The notes: a model not told the origin generated them from the sequence alone. A DNA stretch of 64,000 nucleotides from Dehalococcoidia bacterium (GCA_963662435.1 OY759598.1:2822507-2886506); one strand, 5' to 3'. Shown: positions 51,434-62,048, counted from the first letter of the stretch. A program made the numbers and translations.

Positions 51434-52189
51434 TCAGGGGTCGCGGCGCATGAGGCTGAATGTCTGGCCGGCGGGGCCTTTGTCGGGCTGGGTGGCGAGG
51501 AAGAGCGCGAGGGGCACGACGTCTTCGGGGGACTTTATCCACTCGCTGTCGACCTGGAAGACGGAACCGGGACGCTGGGCGTACGTACGAGCGACGCGTT
51601 CGGTGAGGACGGGGCCAGGGATGAGCTCGTTGACGCTGATGTTGTGTTGCCAGAGCTCCTGGGCGAGGACGCGCATGAGCATGGAGAGTCCGGCCTTCGC
51701 GGATGCGTATGCCGACTCGCCGGGCCTGCCGCGATGGCCGATGCCGGACCCGATGGCGATAATCTTACCGCCGCCGCGTGCCTTCAGGTGCGGTGTTGCG
51801 ACGTGGGACGTGTGGTAGGAGCCGATGAGGTTGACGTGAACCGTATCCGCCCACTCTTCGGGGCTGCCGCTCTCGATGTCGTGGCTCTCGTCGAGGTTGC
51901 CGCCGGCGTTGAGGACGACGATGTCGATTCCGCCGAGCTTGCAGGTGGCGGCATCGAATGCTTGGACGACGGAGGCGTAGTCAGTGACATCGGCTTTGAC
52001 AGCGATGGCGCTGCCTCCGTCTTGCCTTATCTCGGAGGCTGTTCGCTCGATCTGGGACTGGGTGCGGGCGACGCAGCATACGGCTGCGCCTGCGGCGGCG
52101 TAGCCGGTGGCGATTGCCTTGCCGATTCCACGGCCAGCGCCGGTTACGAGGGCCACTTTGCCGGTGAGTTCGCCGTCTACTGGGGGCAT
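51434..52189 (-). CDS. Short-chain dehydrogenase/reductase
   Basis: TGAGRGIG, LNAG, YASAK; start may extend to 52243. Confidence 0.9.
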   Translation of the reverse strand: MPPVDGELTGKVALVTGAGRGIGKAIATGYAAAGAAVCCVARTQSQIERTASEIRQDGGSAIAVKADVTDYASVVQAFDAATCKLGGIDIVVLNAGGNLDESHDIESGSPEEWADTVHVNLIGSYHTSHVATPHLKARGGGKIIAIGSGIGHRGRPGESAYASAKAGLSMLMRVLAQELWQHNISVNELIPGPVLTERVARTYAQRPGSVFQVDSEWIKSPEDVVPLALFLATQPDKGPAGQTFSLMRRDP

Positions 52190-52327
52190 GGAGGGTCTCC
52201 GGTGTCGTAAGACTGCAGGTTCCGTATTGTCTTGGCTTACCACTAAGAGACTATCTCAAGTCTCTGAGATTTGAAGTGGACTTGCCTTTCGATAGGCTTC
52301 CAAATAACTGCTCGATATGGGACAAAG

Positions 52328-52358
<31 letters not shown>

Positions 52359-52573
52359 TGAGGGAGATGGGTAATTCGGAGGCAGGAAAAAGCCCTTCGA
52401 CAGGCTCAGGGCGAACGGAGTGTGGCTGGGGGCGCGGGGTTGCGGTCATGGACTTTAGATTCCTCGCTTCGCTCGGAATGACAGGGATACGGGGCTGGAT
52501 CATAGCTACAAATCCGTTTTGCATACCCCATGTCAGCCCACGACGGGGGAGAGGCCGGTGGGAGCAGGTAGAC

Positions 52574-53296
52574 CTACGGGACGTCCATGGTGCGGAGGCG
52601 GTATTGGGTGAGGAAGAAGAACACGAGTGTGACGCCGACGGCACCTATTATGGCGGCGGGGAACGCAATCACGCGGTCTTCGAGGCTCTCGAAGTTCGTG
52701 GCATCGATTCCGTGGAGTAGGGAGAGCGTGTAGCCGCGGACGCTGAGGTAGCGAACGCCCGTTAAGAATGAGCTTAGCAGACCCTCCCAAACGAGCACGT
52801 ATACGAGACCGTAGGACAGGGCACGCGGGGTGATGAGTCCGGCCCAGGTGAAGACCGAGGCGTAGGCGGCGACGCCTGCCAAGAGGGCGATGCCCACAGT
52901 GAAAACCGTTCCCGCATCAGCGCCGACCAGCGCGGTGGCGACGACGCCGCTGGCGACGACCACGGGCGCGGCGAGCGCGAAGGTGGCGGCTAGTTTTCCG
53001 AGGGCGATGTGCACTCGTGAGAGGGGTTTGAGGACGAGGTAGTAGAGCGTTCTGTCCTCAAGCTCGTTTCCGAATGCGGCGGTGGCGACCGTCATGACGA
53101 CGATGGGCAAGATGCCCGCGATGATCATTGTGTCGATCATGACCTGGATAAAGTCCTGGTTGAACTTTGCCTCCTCGGGGTTTTGCCACTTGACGAGGAG
53201 GACGATCAGCGTGGGCAGTGACGCGAGGAAGACGATCAAAATGACGCGCCACCGACCGAGGATCTGCCTGAGGGTTAGTCGAAAGATTTCTGTCAT
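52574..53296 (-). CDS. ABC-2 type exporter permease
   Basis: Multiple TM segments, ELEDRTL.Y..KPLSR. Confidence 0.85.
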   Translation of the reverse strand: MTEIFRLTLRQILGRWRVILIVFLASLPTLIVLLVKWQNPEEAKFNQDFIQVMIDTMIIAGILPIVVMTVATAAFGNELEDRTLYYLVLKPLSRVHIALGKLAATFALAAPVVVASGVVATALVGADAGTVFTVGIALLAGVAAYASVFTWAGLITPRALSYGLVYVLVWEGLLSSFLTGVRYLSVRGYTLSLLHGIDATNFESLEDRVIAFPAAIIGAVGVTLVFFFLTQYRLRTMDVP

Positions 53297-54226
53297 CTAA
53301 CCCTCCACGATGTAGCTGAAGACGCTCTCGAGCGACTCGTCCATGGGTTCGACGCGGAGTAGGCGAATTCCGCGCTCCGCGGCCACGCGGGCGACCGAAC
53401 GCTGGAGCACCTCGACATTCTTACTGAGAACCAGGACCTCACCGTCTTCGACCATGGAGACGGACTCGATGCCGTCCATCTCGACGAGGGCGGAGGCCAT
53501 GGCACGTGGTCTGTCGGAGACGACGCGGACGGTGTATGGCTGCTCGTCGAGCTTTGCGCGAATGGCGCGGTAGTCGCCGGAGGCGGCGAGCTTGCCGCTG
53601 ACCATGAGGAGGATGCGGTCGGCGAGGGTCTCTACCTCCTCAAGGATGTGCGACGAGACGAGGATGGTCTTGCCCTCGGCGGCGAGCCGGCCCATGAGGT
53701 CGTGGAACTCGATTCGCTGTCGTGGGTCCGTGCCGTTCAGGGGCTCATCGAGGATGAGGACCTCGGGCTGGTGCACCATAGAGGCGGCGAGCCTCATGCG
53801 CTGCCTCATTCCTCGTGAGTATCCGCCGAGCTTTCTTCCCTGTGCCTCGGTCATTCCGGCGCGCTCGATGGCGAGATCGGCGGCCTCGGCGACGGAGGTT
53901 ACGCCGTGGAGCTTTGCGGAGAACTCGACGAACTCCCGCCCGGTGTAGAAGCCGTAGACGGCCTCGTGTTCGGACATGATTCCGACGCGGCGGTAGAGGT
54001 CGGGGTTGCCGCGTGGCCGTTGACCAAAGATGGTGACAGTGCCGTCGGACGGGTCTGCCAGACCTTCGATCATCTTGAGCAGGGTGGTCTTGCCGGCGCC
54101 GTTGGGTCCGAGGAGGCCTGTGATGCCCGGCTCGATTTGGAACGAAACGTCGTTCACTGCGACGACGCTGCCGTACCACTTCGAGATGTTCTCCACCGAG
54201 ATGACGGCGGAAGATTCATCGGTCAT
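53297..54226 (-). CDS. ABC transporter ATP-binding protein
   Basis: GPNGAGKT, YSRGMRQR, LDEP, SSH. Confidence 0.93.
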   Translation of the reverse strand: MTDESSAVISVENISKWYGSVVAVNDVSFQIEPGITGLLGPNGAGKTTLLKMIEGLADPSDGTVTIFGQRPRGNPDLYRRVGIMSEHEAVYGFYTGREFVEFSAKLHGVTSVAEAADLAIERAGMTEAQGRKLGGYSRGMRQRMRLAASMVHQPEVLILDEPLNGTDPRQRIEFHDLMGRLAAEGKTILVSSHILEEVETLADRILLMVSGKLAASGDYRAIRAKLDEQPYTVRVVSDRPRAMASALVEMDGIESVSMVEDGEVLVLSKNVEVLQRSVARVAAERGIRLLRVEPMDESLESVFSYIVEG

Positions 54227-55188
54227 ATGGTCAATCTCCGGTAGCGAAGGAGTAGGACCGCTGCGGGCCCGAGAACGAGGAGGACGTACCAGGCTATGGG
54301 AATGGAGGAGTGGAGTTCCTTGCGGACCTCCGCGATGTCGTCCTCGCTCTCGCTGCCGAATATGATGTCGCTCATGTGGATGGGAGCACGTCCAACGTCG
54401 AGGAGCGTGAACCACTTGGCAAGGTCGCCCGTGGCTCGCTCACACTCGCCAATGCTGGTGGTTGACATTTGCCTACCGTCGCTTGTCGTCGTCTCCGAAT
54501 ACTCAACCTCGCACGATTGAGCCGTGAGCGCCCCCGCCACCGGTAGGGAGATGACGAACACGGCGATGACGACCGCGGCGGCGTAGGCTCGGCGGGTGGT
54601 GAACGCGGACACGGCCAGAGGGATGGTGGTGACGAACAGGGCTACGAGGGCACCCGCAGCCAAGAATTTGGGAATGTCGAGCCAGTTATCGCGGAGGTAG
54701 TCGACCGGATCGGCGGCGGTGAGCAGGAAGCCGATGAGCAGGAAGACCTGGCCGGAGTAGACGAGGATGAGGGAAAGCGCCAGAAAAGCGGACCATCGGG
54801 CCGCAACGTAGTCTATTGCCGTGAGAGGACGGACGAGGTAGAGATTGATAACGCCACTCCGCCGATCGGGTATCAGCAGCTCCGGCGCGATGATGGCCGA
54901 GAAGAGAAGCAGCAAGATAGAGATAAGCTCGTAGTAGTCCTCGTGGGAGGGGATGAGGTCCTCTTCGGGGCCGAGGATGGTCGCCAAGATCAGTATCCCG
55001 ATGGCGGGAGCGGTGACGCAGAGGAACATGAGTATTGGGAGTATCTTCGCGAGGGTGCCTCTGCCGAGTCCGAGCGTGGTGCGGAAGCCGTTCACCCACA
55101 GCGACCAGACGGCGTGGAGCCTGCCGTTGCGCGGCCCGTCGTAGTGCTGGTATCCAATGTCGAATATCTCGCCCCGGGCCTCGGTCAT
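54223..55188 (-). CDS. ABC-2 type exporter permease
   Basis: Multiple TM segments, DRRSG..LYLVRP. Confidence 0.85.
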   Translation of the reverse strand: MTEARGEIFDIGYQHYDGPRNGRLHAVWSLWVNGFRTTLGLGRGTLAKILPILMFLCVTAPAIGILILATILGPEEDLIPSHEDYYELISILLLLFSAIIAPELLIPDRRSGVINLYLVRPLTAIDYVAARWSAFLALSLILVYSGQVFLLIGFLLTAADPVDYLRDNWLDIPKFLAAGALVALFVTTIPLAVSAFTTRRAYAAAVVIAVFVISLPVAGALTAQSCEVEYSETTTSDGRQMSTTSIGECERATGDLAKWFTLLDVGRAPIHMSDIIFGSESEDDIAEVRKELHSSIPIAWYVLLVLGPAAVLLLRYRRLTI

Positions 55189-56105
55189 GCCGATGTCCTC
55201 CGGAAGATGTCGGAGATCTGTCCACGGCTAGGGGCGAGTCTGCGGAGACGAGCGTCGGCTTCGACGATGGCGTCGCGAATGTCGTCGAACTGCTCGTCGC
55301 TCTGTCGCTGCACGACTATGGAGAGGCCGTCGATTGCGGCCTCGATGCCACGGTCTTGGAGGGCAGCGACCACCTCGTCTCGGCGGTCGTCCACGTCGAT
55401 GTAGAGGGTCTCGGTCTCCTGAGTGAACTGGGAGACTGTGCCCTGCTCGATAATCTTGCCACCCTCGATGACGATAATGCGGTCGCAGGTGCTCTCGACG
55501 TCGCCCATGAGGTGGGACGAGAGCATGATGCTGATGCCGAACTCCCTGCCGGTACGCCGGATGAGCTGGAGCATTTCCTCGCGTCCACCAGGGTCGAGGC
55601 CTGCGGTGGGCTCGTCGAGCAGGACCATGACGGGGTCGTGGACGAGGGCCTGGGCGAGCTTGACGCGCTGCTTCATGCCGGTGGAGTATTCCTTGATGTG
55701 GCGGTAGCGCTCCTCGTCGAGGCCGACGTGTCGGAGGATGTCGGCTGCGCGGGTGCGGGCGGCGACGGCGGGGATCCCGCTCATCTGGGCCATGTGGCCG
55801 AGGAACTCGGACGCCGTGATGGCGTCGGGAAGGCAGTCGTGCTCAGGCATGTATCCGAGGCGCGCGCGCACCTCGACGTTTTCGTAGGGCTTTTCGCCGA
55901 GGACCTCGGCGTCGCCGGAGGTGGGCGAGAGGAGGCCGAGGAAGAGCTTCATCGCCGTGCTCTTGCCCGCGCCGTTGGGACCGAGCAGTCCGGTTATGCC
56001 GTCAAAGACCTGGATGTCCACCTCGTCGAGCGCGAGGGTGTTTCCATAGCGTTTCGTGAGGTCTTTCGCTTCGAGGAGGGGACGTCCGGCGGATGTTCCG
56101 GTCAT
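55185..56105 (-). CDS. ABC transporter ATP-binding protein
   Basis: GPNGAGKS, YSTGMKQR, LDEPTAGLDP. Confidence 0.93.
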   Translation of the reverse strand: MTGTSAGRPLLEAKDLTKRYGNTLALDEVDIQVFDGITGLLGPNGAGKSTAMKLFLGLLSPTSGDAEVLGEKPYENVEVRARLGYMPEHDCLPDAITASEFLGHMAQMSGIPAVAARTRAADILRHVGLDEERYRHIKEYSTGMKQRVKLAQALVHDPVMVLLDEPTAGLDPGGREEMLQLIRRTGREFGISIMLSSHLMGDVESTCDRIIVIEGGKIIEQGTVSQFTQETETLYIDVDDRRDEVVAALQDRGIEAAIDGLSIVVQRQSDEQFDDIRDAIVEADARLRRLAPSRGQISDIFRRTSA

Positions 56106-56241
56106 GCGCTCACTGATTCGGGTGATGGTGGGTTTAGTATAGCATTTGGAGGCGGGTTCTAGGTGCTGGATTCCGACGAACGCGGGAATGATGGGAAATA
56201 GCAACATAGCAAAATCACTTGGACAACCTGGTGAAGGCTCA

Positions 56242-56823
56242 ATGCAATTTCATTGGTCGAAACTCGCCCTGTTCCTGGTGCTGGCAGTACTGGTTGGGTG
56301 TGCTCACGGGGAGAGCGAGGAGATACCGGCGGGAGGGGGCCAAGAACATGGGACGGAGACGGAGCCCTGTCCCGTCACACTCCCCGGCATCAATGTGGTT
56401 CGGAATGGCGTCCACTTCGAGTATGACTATGTGGTTCGGCATAGTTGGCGCTTCAATTATGGCAACGGCGAACAATGGACATCTTTATGGTCCGACGGAA
56501 CGGTACTATTCAGAGCCCGTGGTCCCGGGTTTGTCAATTCCGACGGTTCGCTGTCAATGAAGTGGCCTTGGTATGTAGAGCAGGAGGACTTTCACGGTAA
56601 GTTGGAGATACAGGGCCGAAGGCTGGACGCACCTTCGGAACGTTCGGTGAGCGGCAACCACTCCCCAGTCTTAGGGGATCCCGGATTCCACGCAGGCAAA
56701 CTTACCTTCCCAAGTGAAGGCTGTTGGGAAGTCACAGGAAAAGCGGGTGACTCCAGCCTCACGTTTGTAGTGCGAGTGGTCAAGGGGAGGACGTTGGAGA
56801 CGGAGACCTCGGAAGTGCCGTGA
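56242..56823 (+). CDS. Hypothetical lipoprotein
   Basis: Signal peptide with LVGC lipobox; K.PW, GRRLD, FPSEGCWEVTG. Confidence 0.7.
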   Translation: MQFHWSKLALFLVLAVLVGCAHGESEEIPAGGGQEHGTETEPCPVTLPGINVVRNGVHFEYDYVVRHSWRFNYGNGEQWTSLWSDGTVLFRARGPGFVNSDGSLSMKWPWYVEQEDFHGKLEIQGRRLDAPSERSVSGNHSPVLGDPGFHAGKLTFPSEGCWEVTGKAGDSSLTFVVRVVKGRTLETETSEVP

Positions 56824-57125
56824 CTTTTGTGGAAGAGGGGAGAGGAAAGTAGAAAGTCTTGCGTAGTAAGTAGGGGTTCACTGTGGGTGCACGAGGAGGG
56901 TGAGGTGGTATTTTAGCGGACATTTTCGGACATTTTCCGACATTTCTTTCTGTGATTCGGGGTTTTTTGTAAGAGCGTAAGGGTCTTCGTATGCGGGGTG
57001 GGAGGACCCCCTCTCTGTGTCTCTCCCCCAGAGGGGGCGAGATTGGTGGTTGGGTGGACGTGGATTCGCTCGTCGAATCGAGGAATCCACATGACAGGGA
57101 GAAGCACCTTACTTACGATGACAAG

Positions 57126-57432
57126 ATCGACCGCCTCTCCCCACCCCTCTGGATACCGGCCTGCGCCGGTATGACGGTTGTGTAAGGAGGAAGCGCATTG
57201 ATTTCATCGACCGCTTCTCCATGCCCCTCTGGATACCGGCCTGCGCCGGTATGACGGTTGTGTAAGGGGAAGCGCATTGCTTCGCAGGACTCCTCTCCAT
57301 GCCCCTCTGGATTCCGGACTGAGCCGGTATGACGGTTGTGCAATGGGAAGCGCATTGACTTCATCGACCGCCTCTCCATGCCCCTCTGGATTCCGGACTG
57401 AGCCGGTATGACGGTTGTGCATTGCTTCGCAG
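57126..57432. repeat. Tandem array of four ~79-bp REP-containing units
   Basis: CCCCTCTGGAT(A/T)CCGG...GCCGGTATGACGGTTGTG near 57147, 57227, 57305 and 57384, with related linkers. Confidence 0.9.
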
Positions 57433-57489
57433 GAATGATGTCTGTCGGAAGTGCTCCGTGTTGTTCGGACGGGGTGTTGAGACACCTTG

Positions 57490-57894
57490 CTAGCGCCACG
57501 CAAGGTTGCCGTTGGACTGGCGCCAGATACGAACGCGGTGTTTCCTGGTCCGGCAGGTGTATGCCTGGACGGAAGGGGTCCGGGAGCTTGAGGGGCCGGA
57601 GTGCCGCATGAGGGCGCCGTCGTAGGGGCATAGGAGGGTGGTATCGCGCCACGTGGCGGCGAGCCGGGCCTCAATAGGTTGGGAGAATACGAAGCGTCGG
57701 CTGTCGCCGCGGTAGGCGACCCTGTCAGGAAACGAATTCGCGTTTCGTCGGTGTGGAAGCGGTCCGTCCGTGCTCGACTCCCTGGGGTCGCGGTAGTCCT
57801 CCCAACCGCAGTTGACACACCTTGGGAACCGGTCGTAGAGGTCGAGCGGGCCCCTGCACCTGAGGCATCCGTTAAAGACTATCTGCGAGATCAT
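57490..57894 (-). CDS. Hypothetical Cys-rich (zinc-ribbon-like) protein
   Basis: CLRC..CVNC, CPYD..C...KH; promoter-like TTGACT-18-TACATT upstream. Confidence 0.55.
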   Translation of the reverse strand: MISQIVFNGCLRCRGPLDLYDRFPRCVNCGWEDYRDPRESSTDGPLPHRRNANSFPDRVAYRGDSRRFVFSQPIEARLAATWRDTTLLCPYDGALMRHSGPSSSRTPSVQAYTCRTRKHRVRIWRQSNGNLAWR

Positions 57895-58145
57895 GCTTGG
57901 TGGTCTGCTCCAAAACTGAACATAGAACTAATGTACATATCGTGAAGTCCATAAGTCAACTTGAATGGTACGTTCAGGTATCGGTACTATACATATATGT
58001 GGAATACCTAATGGCGAGGGCACAGTAGTCGTTCAGTGTTGGAGAGATGGTCGCTCCCGCCCACTGGATACCGGCCTCCGCCGGTATGACGGTGTTTGAC
58101 TAGACCAGGGCGCACCGCCAAGTCCGAGCGATTCAGGAGGAACTT

Positions 58146-58490
58146 ATGGTCAGGAGACGCCAGGCCAGCCGGGAGATAGCGCAGAGGATCAGGGAGGCGA
58201 GGAAGCTGTCGGGGTTGAGTCAGCAGGAGGTCGAGGCGTCGATCGGGAAGTCGAAGAATGCGGTCTCGCGGTGGGAGCGGGCGGAGGTGCAACTTGACGC
58301 GACGGACCTTGGGAAGCTGGCGCGCCTGTTTACGGTGTCGGCAGACTGGCTCCTCGGGATCGACGAAGAGGTGGAGATGAGCGAGTTGGAGCTGGTGCGG
58401 GACTACCGGCTGGCATCGCCCGCCCTGCGCGCAGCCACTCTCGCAGGGTTGCAAGCAGGGCTACGGATGGAACGGGGTCCGTCAGGATGA
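58146..58490 (+). CDS. XRE-family HTH regulator
   Basis: RIREARK..GLSQ.E..AVSRWE..LA..F.VS.DWLLG; AGGAGG RBS. Confidence 0.9.
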   Translation: MVRRRQASREIAQRIREARKLSGLSQQEVEASIGKSKNAVSRWERAEVQLDATDLGKLARLFTVSADWLLGIDEEVEMSELELVRDYRLASPALRAATLAGLQAGLRMERGPSG

Positions 58491-58580
58491 TTTCCCATGC
58501 GGGTATGCCCGAGGCGTTTTCCTCGGGGACGGTGAAGGTGATGGGTATGGTTACGCGGGTGGTCTTCATGGGACTTGTGA

Positions 58581-58594
58581 AGAACTTGTGTTCT
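58581..58594. promoter_or_regulatory. LexA (SOS) box, GAAC-N4-GTTC type
   Basis: AGAACTTGTGTTCT, perfect palindromic arms. Confidence 0.6.
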
Positions 58595-58964
58595 GATAGA
58601 AGGTTATCACGACGGGGTGAGGGGTGCAAATCGGTGGAGGGCGACCATTGGTGATCACCGGTCTGGGCGATTCAGGGAACCGGCCAGAGGATCAGCAAGC
58701 CCAGAACCCGCACGGGATACCGGCATCCGCCGGTATGACGGGGTTGTTCAAAGGTCTCCCTCGTATCGCGGTTCGGGGCAGGCTTTTCGCGGGAATGACA
58801 GGCAAAAGTCGGGCCTGAGATCCATGATGCGTCGATCCCATGGATGGTGTTTCCGAAGTCCTTGAAAGCTACTCTTGACGAGTTCGTCAATTCCTGAAAC
58901 GCCCTTCGACAGGCTCAGGGCGAACGGAATGATGTAGCTCGTCCGTACCTTCAGAAACACTCTC

Positions 58965-59909
58965 TTAGTCAGAGGGGGTGGCAGTCGTCTCGAAGAGGGC
59001 GTCGACGAATTGCCGGGGTTCGAAGGCGGCGATGTCGTCGGGCTGTTCGCCGGTGCCGAGGTAGAGGACGGGGAGGCCAAGCTCTTTTGTGATGGCGAGG
59101 ACGATGCCGCCCTTGGCGGTGCCGTCGAGCTTGGAGAGGATGACGCCGTGGCATTCGAGGGCCTGGGTAAAGGCGCGGGCCTGATGGAGTCCGTTCTGGC
59201 CGGTTACGGCGTCGAGGGCGAGGAGGACGCGGATGCTCGATTCGGGGACGTGCCGTGCGACGACGCGCCTGATCTTCTTGAGCTCTTCCATGAGGTTGGT
59301 CTTGGTGTGGAGGCGGCCGGCAGTGTCGACGATTACGACGTCGGCGTTGCGGCTCAGGGCAGCGGAGACGGTGTCGAAGGCGACGGCGCCGGGGTCGGCT
59401 CCTTCGCGGTGTGAGACCACGTCCACTTCGAGCCGCCGTCCCCACGTCCGGAGCTGCTCGGTGGCGCCGGCGCGGAAGGTGTCGGCGGCGCCTATGATGA
59501 CCTGCTGGCCGTCCTGGAGATAGAGGTTGGCCAGCTTGGCAATGCTCGTGGTCTTGCCGACGCCGTTGACGCCGACGACGAGTAGGACGAGAGGGCGCTC
59601 CGCCACGTCGAGGGGTGCATCAGCGCCGTCGATGAGGAGCATCGCCACCATCTCGCGCTTGAGGATTTCGAAGGCCTCTTCGGGCGTTGAGGGCCGTTCT
59701 TCGCGGAGGCGGTCGACGAGCTCCATGGTGGACTCGACGCCAACGTCTGCGGTAATGAGCACCTCCTCCAGCTCTTCCCACAGTTCCTCATCGAGATTGG
59801 AGCTGCGAATGAGGTTGGCGACGCGACCAAGGAGGCCGCGGCGGGTCTTCTCGGTGGCGCGCCTGGTGTTTTCGGGGTCGGTCTCGCGTCGGCGGAAGAA
59901 GTTCAGCAT
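58965..59909 (-). CDS. ftsY: Signal recognition particle receptor FtsY
   Basis: [28 protein letters not shown]. Confidence 0.97.
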   Translation of the reverse strand: MLNFFRRRETDPENTRRATEKTRRGLLGRVANLIRSSNLDEELWEELEEVLITADVGVESTMELVDRLREERPSTPEEAFEILKREMVAMLLIDGADAPLDVAERPLVLLVVGVNGVGKTTSIAKLANLYLQDGQQVIIGAADTFRAGATEQLRTWGRRLEVDVVSHREGADPGAVAFDTVSAALSRNADVVIVDTAGRLHTKTNLMEELKKIRRVVARHVPESSIRVLLALDAVTGQNGLHQARAFTQALECHGVILSKLDGTAKGGIVLAITKELGLPVLYLGTGEQPDDIAAFEPRQFVDALFETTATPSD

Positions 59910-59955
59910 GGGGTTCTCTTGATCGTTATCGGCATCTGCTTGCTTGGCCTCACAT

Positions 59956-60618
59956 TCATGAAAGCCCCGCATCGTGAGGGTTTGCATTCGTGAGGAGCCA
60001 CACTATGATCACTATGAAGGCAATAAAGAGATTTAACAGGACAGCCATAGGGATGAATACCGTTGTGACAGCCCGACCGATGGAGAAGTTGTTGTTTTTC
60101 TGTACAGCGAATACGGAGAGAACCAAGAACCAGAAGAATGAGCCGAACCCAACCACCCATGTCAGGGGGAGGCCGATAAACTGAGAATGGCTGAACACGA
60201 AGATTGCGGGAATGTTGAACACAGCGGGGACGTAGGCAAAACCCAGACCTGCGAAGAGACCCCTGAATGAGCCACGTCCTCCGAGGAAAAGTCCCATGAG
60301 CCAGAAAATTGCCGCAAAGAAGGCAACGCCCGAAATAGTGAAGGCAGGCCCGAGGATGAACGCCAAACTGTCAATTTCGGGCGGTTCGCTTGAGGCCGCG
60401 CCAGCAATGCCCTGCGCGACGGCGATAACGACGATGACAATGAGCGCCCAGCCGATGGGTCGGCGGCGAACGATGGTCCGCATGGTCGGGGCGGGAACGA
60501 AGATGACGCCGATGCAGGACCCGAGAAAGTTCTGGTTGGAGGACTCTTGTTGGGCCAAATTTGAGGGTTCGTGTAGGGTGACTATGGAGCGTGCGGATCC
60601 GCTAGATGTGGTGGGCAT
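59956..60618 (-). CDS. Yip1 domain membrane protein
   Basis: ~5 TM segments, LGGRGSF..GFAY.P, FSIGRA. Confidence 0.75.
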   Translation of the reverse strand: MPTTSSGSARSIVTLHEPSNLAQQESSNQNFLGSCIGVIFVPAPTMRTIVRRRPIGWALIVIVVIAVAQGIAGAASSEPPEIDSLAFILGPAFTISGVAFFAAIFWLMGLFLGGRGSFRGLFAGLGFAYVPAVFNIPAIFVFSHSQFIGLPLTWVVGFGSFFWFLVLSVFAVQKNNNFSIGRAVTTVFIPMAVLLNLFIAFIVIIVWLLTNANPHDAGLS

Positions 60619-60620
60619 AG

Positions 60621-61250
60621 CTACAAAGCGAAGCCTTCATTCAGGGCGATCAGGATCATCACCACAACGAAGGCGAACAGGGTGATGAGGAGGAAGAGGA
60701 AGATGGCAAGCGGGATGAATATGGCGGCGATGGCACGTCCGGTTGAGAAGTTGTTGCTTGCCTGAATGGCGAACACGGAGAGGACGACCGTCCAGACGGC
60801 TATGCCGATTCCGATAAATCCGGACAGGCCCTGGCCGAAGGAGTCCAGTTGGAGAGCCATGAAGGTCACGGGGACGGTGAACACGGCGGGCAGATAGGCG
60901 AAGCCGAAGCTAGCGAAGAGGCCTCCGTACGATCCCTTTCCGCCGAGGATCCGACTCATGATCCAGCAGATTGCCGTAAAGAAGGCGACGCCGGCGATAG
61001 TCAAGGCGGGGCCGCCAACGATGGAGAACCCCTGAATGGGCCCTTGAACCAACTCGACATCGTCGAAGTCGGATGGGTCGAATGATGCGGAGGCGGAGAT
61101 GGCCTGGGCGAAGGAAATCACGACAATGACGATGAGGGCCCAGCCGATGGGACGGCGGCGAACGATGGTCCGCATGGTCGGGACGGGGTTGAAGACCACG
61201 CCGACGCAGGTTCCGAGGAAGCTCTGGTTGGAAGACTGTTGTTGGGACAT
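60621..61250 (-). CDS. Yip1 domain membrane protein (tandem paralog)
   Basis: ~5 TM segments, LGGKGSY..GFAY.P, FSTGRA. Confidence 0.8.
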   Translation of the reverse strand: MSQQQSSNQSFLGTCVGVVFNPVPTMRTIVRRRPIGWALIVIVVISFAQAISASASFDPSDFDDVELVQGPIQGFSIVGGPALTIAGVAFFTAICWIMSRILGGKGSYGGLFASFGFAYLPAVFTVPVTFMALQLDSFGQGLSGFIGIGIAVWTVVLSVFAIQASNNFSTGRAIAAIFIPLAIFLFLLITLFAFVVVMILIALNEGFAL

Positions 61251-61386
61251 ATAAGTGGGTGGATGTTGGATGGGTGCTGGTGTCTGAGTATGTCATACGG
61301 CGGGGCGGGTTAGTCAAGGCGTTCCGGCTCTAAGGGCACAACAGCGAATCGCCACTATTCGCACAGAAGTGTGCTATTATGGGCCG

Positions 61387-61593
61387 ATGGACGGAAGGGA
61401 GTTCGTGAGGCGTGCGCGGCGATATGCTCGAAGGAACAAGCTAGAGTTCAGCTTCGATCCCATCAGGGGCAAAGGCAGCCACAGCGAGGTCCGAATCGGG
61501 GGATGGAGGACCATAGTGAAGAAGGGCGAAATACGCCGGGGTCTGCTATCGGCGATGCTGAAGCAGCTAGAAATCGACCCAAGGGAGTTTTAG
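61387..61593 (+). CDS. hicA: HicA-family toxin
   Basis: RGKGSH motif, ..MLKQLEI; directly upstream of hicB. Confidence 0.8.
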   Translation: MDGREFVRRARRYARRNKLEFSFDPIRGKGSHSEVRIGGWRTIVKKGEIRRGLLSAMLKQLEIDPREF

Positions 61594-61595
61594 TT

Positions 61596-62048
61596 ATGAG
61601 ATACGCATTCCCTTGCAATATCGTGCCTGACGAAGAGGAGAGAATTGCTACTGGACGTGATTCATACGTTGTGACCTTCCCCGATGTCCCGGAGGCAATC
61701 ACGGGCGGGGACTCTTGGCAAGAGGCTCAGGAGATGGCCGCGGACGGTCTGGGCGTGGCCTTGGGCATGTACGTGAAGGCCAGGCAGGATATCCCGGAGC
61801 CCAGCCTACCGGCAGATGGCCACGTCATGATAGCCGTACCGCCGATCATCGCTGCTAAACTGGCGCTTTATACGGCCATGCGCGAGCAGAACATCACCAA
61901 CGTTGCTCTTGCCGCCAAGCTCGGCATCTACGAGAGTGCCGTGCGCAGGATCGTCGATACGAACCACCGCTCCCACATCAGCCAAGTTGAGAAGGCGCTC
62001 CAAGCTGTGGGAAGGTCATTGGTGATCGAGGACAGGACGGCGGCATAA
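61596..62048 (+). CDS. hicB: HicB-family antitoxin with C-terminal HTH
   Basis: YVVTFPDVPEAIT.G, IPEPS, AKLALY, LA.KLG. Confidence 0.88.
   Translation: MRYAFPCNIVPDEEERIATGRDSYVVTFPDVPEAITGGDSWQEAQEMAADGLGVALGMYVKARQDIPEPSLPADGHVMIAVPPIIAAKLALYTAMREQNITNVALAAKLGIYESAVRRIVDTNHRSHISQVEKALQAVGRSLVIEDRTAA

Noticed and set aside
57126..57432. CRISPR array
   Set aside because: The linkers are related to each other rather than unique, the repeat occurs singly elsewhere as a REP, and there are no cas genes
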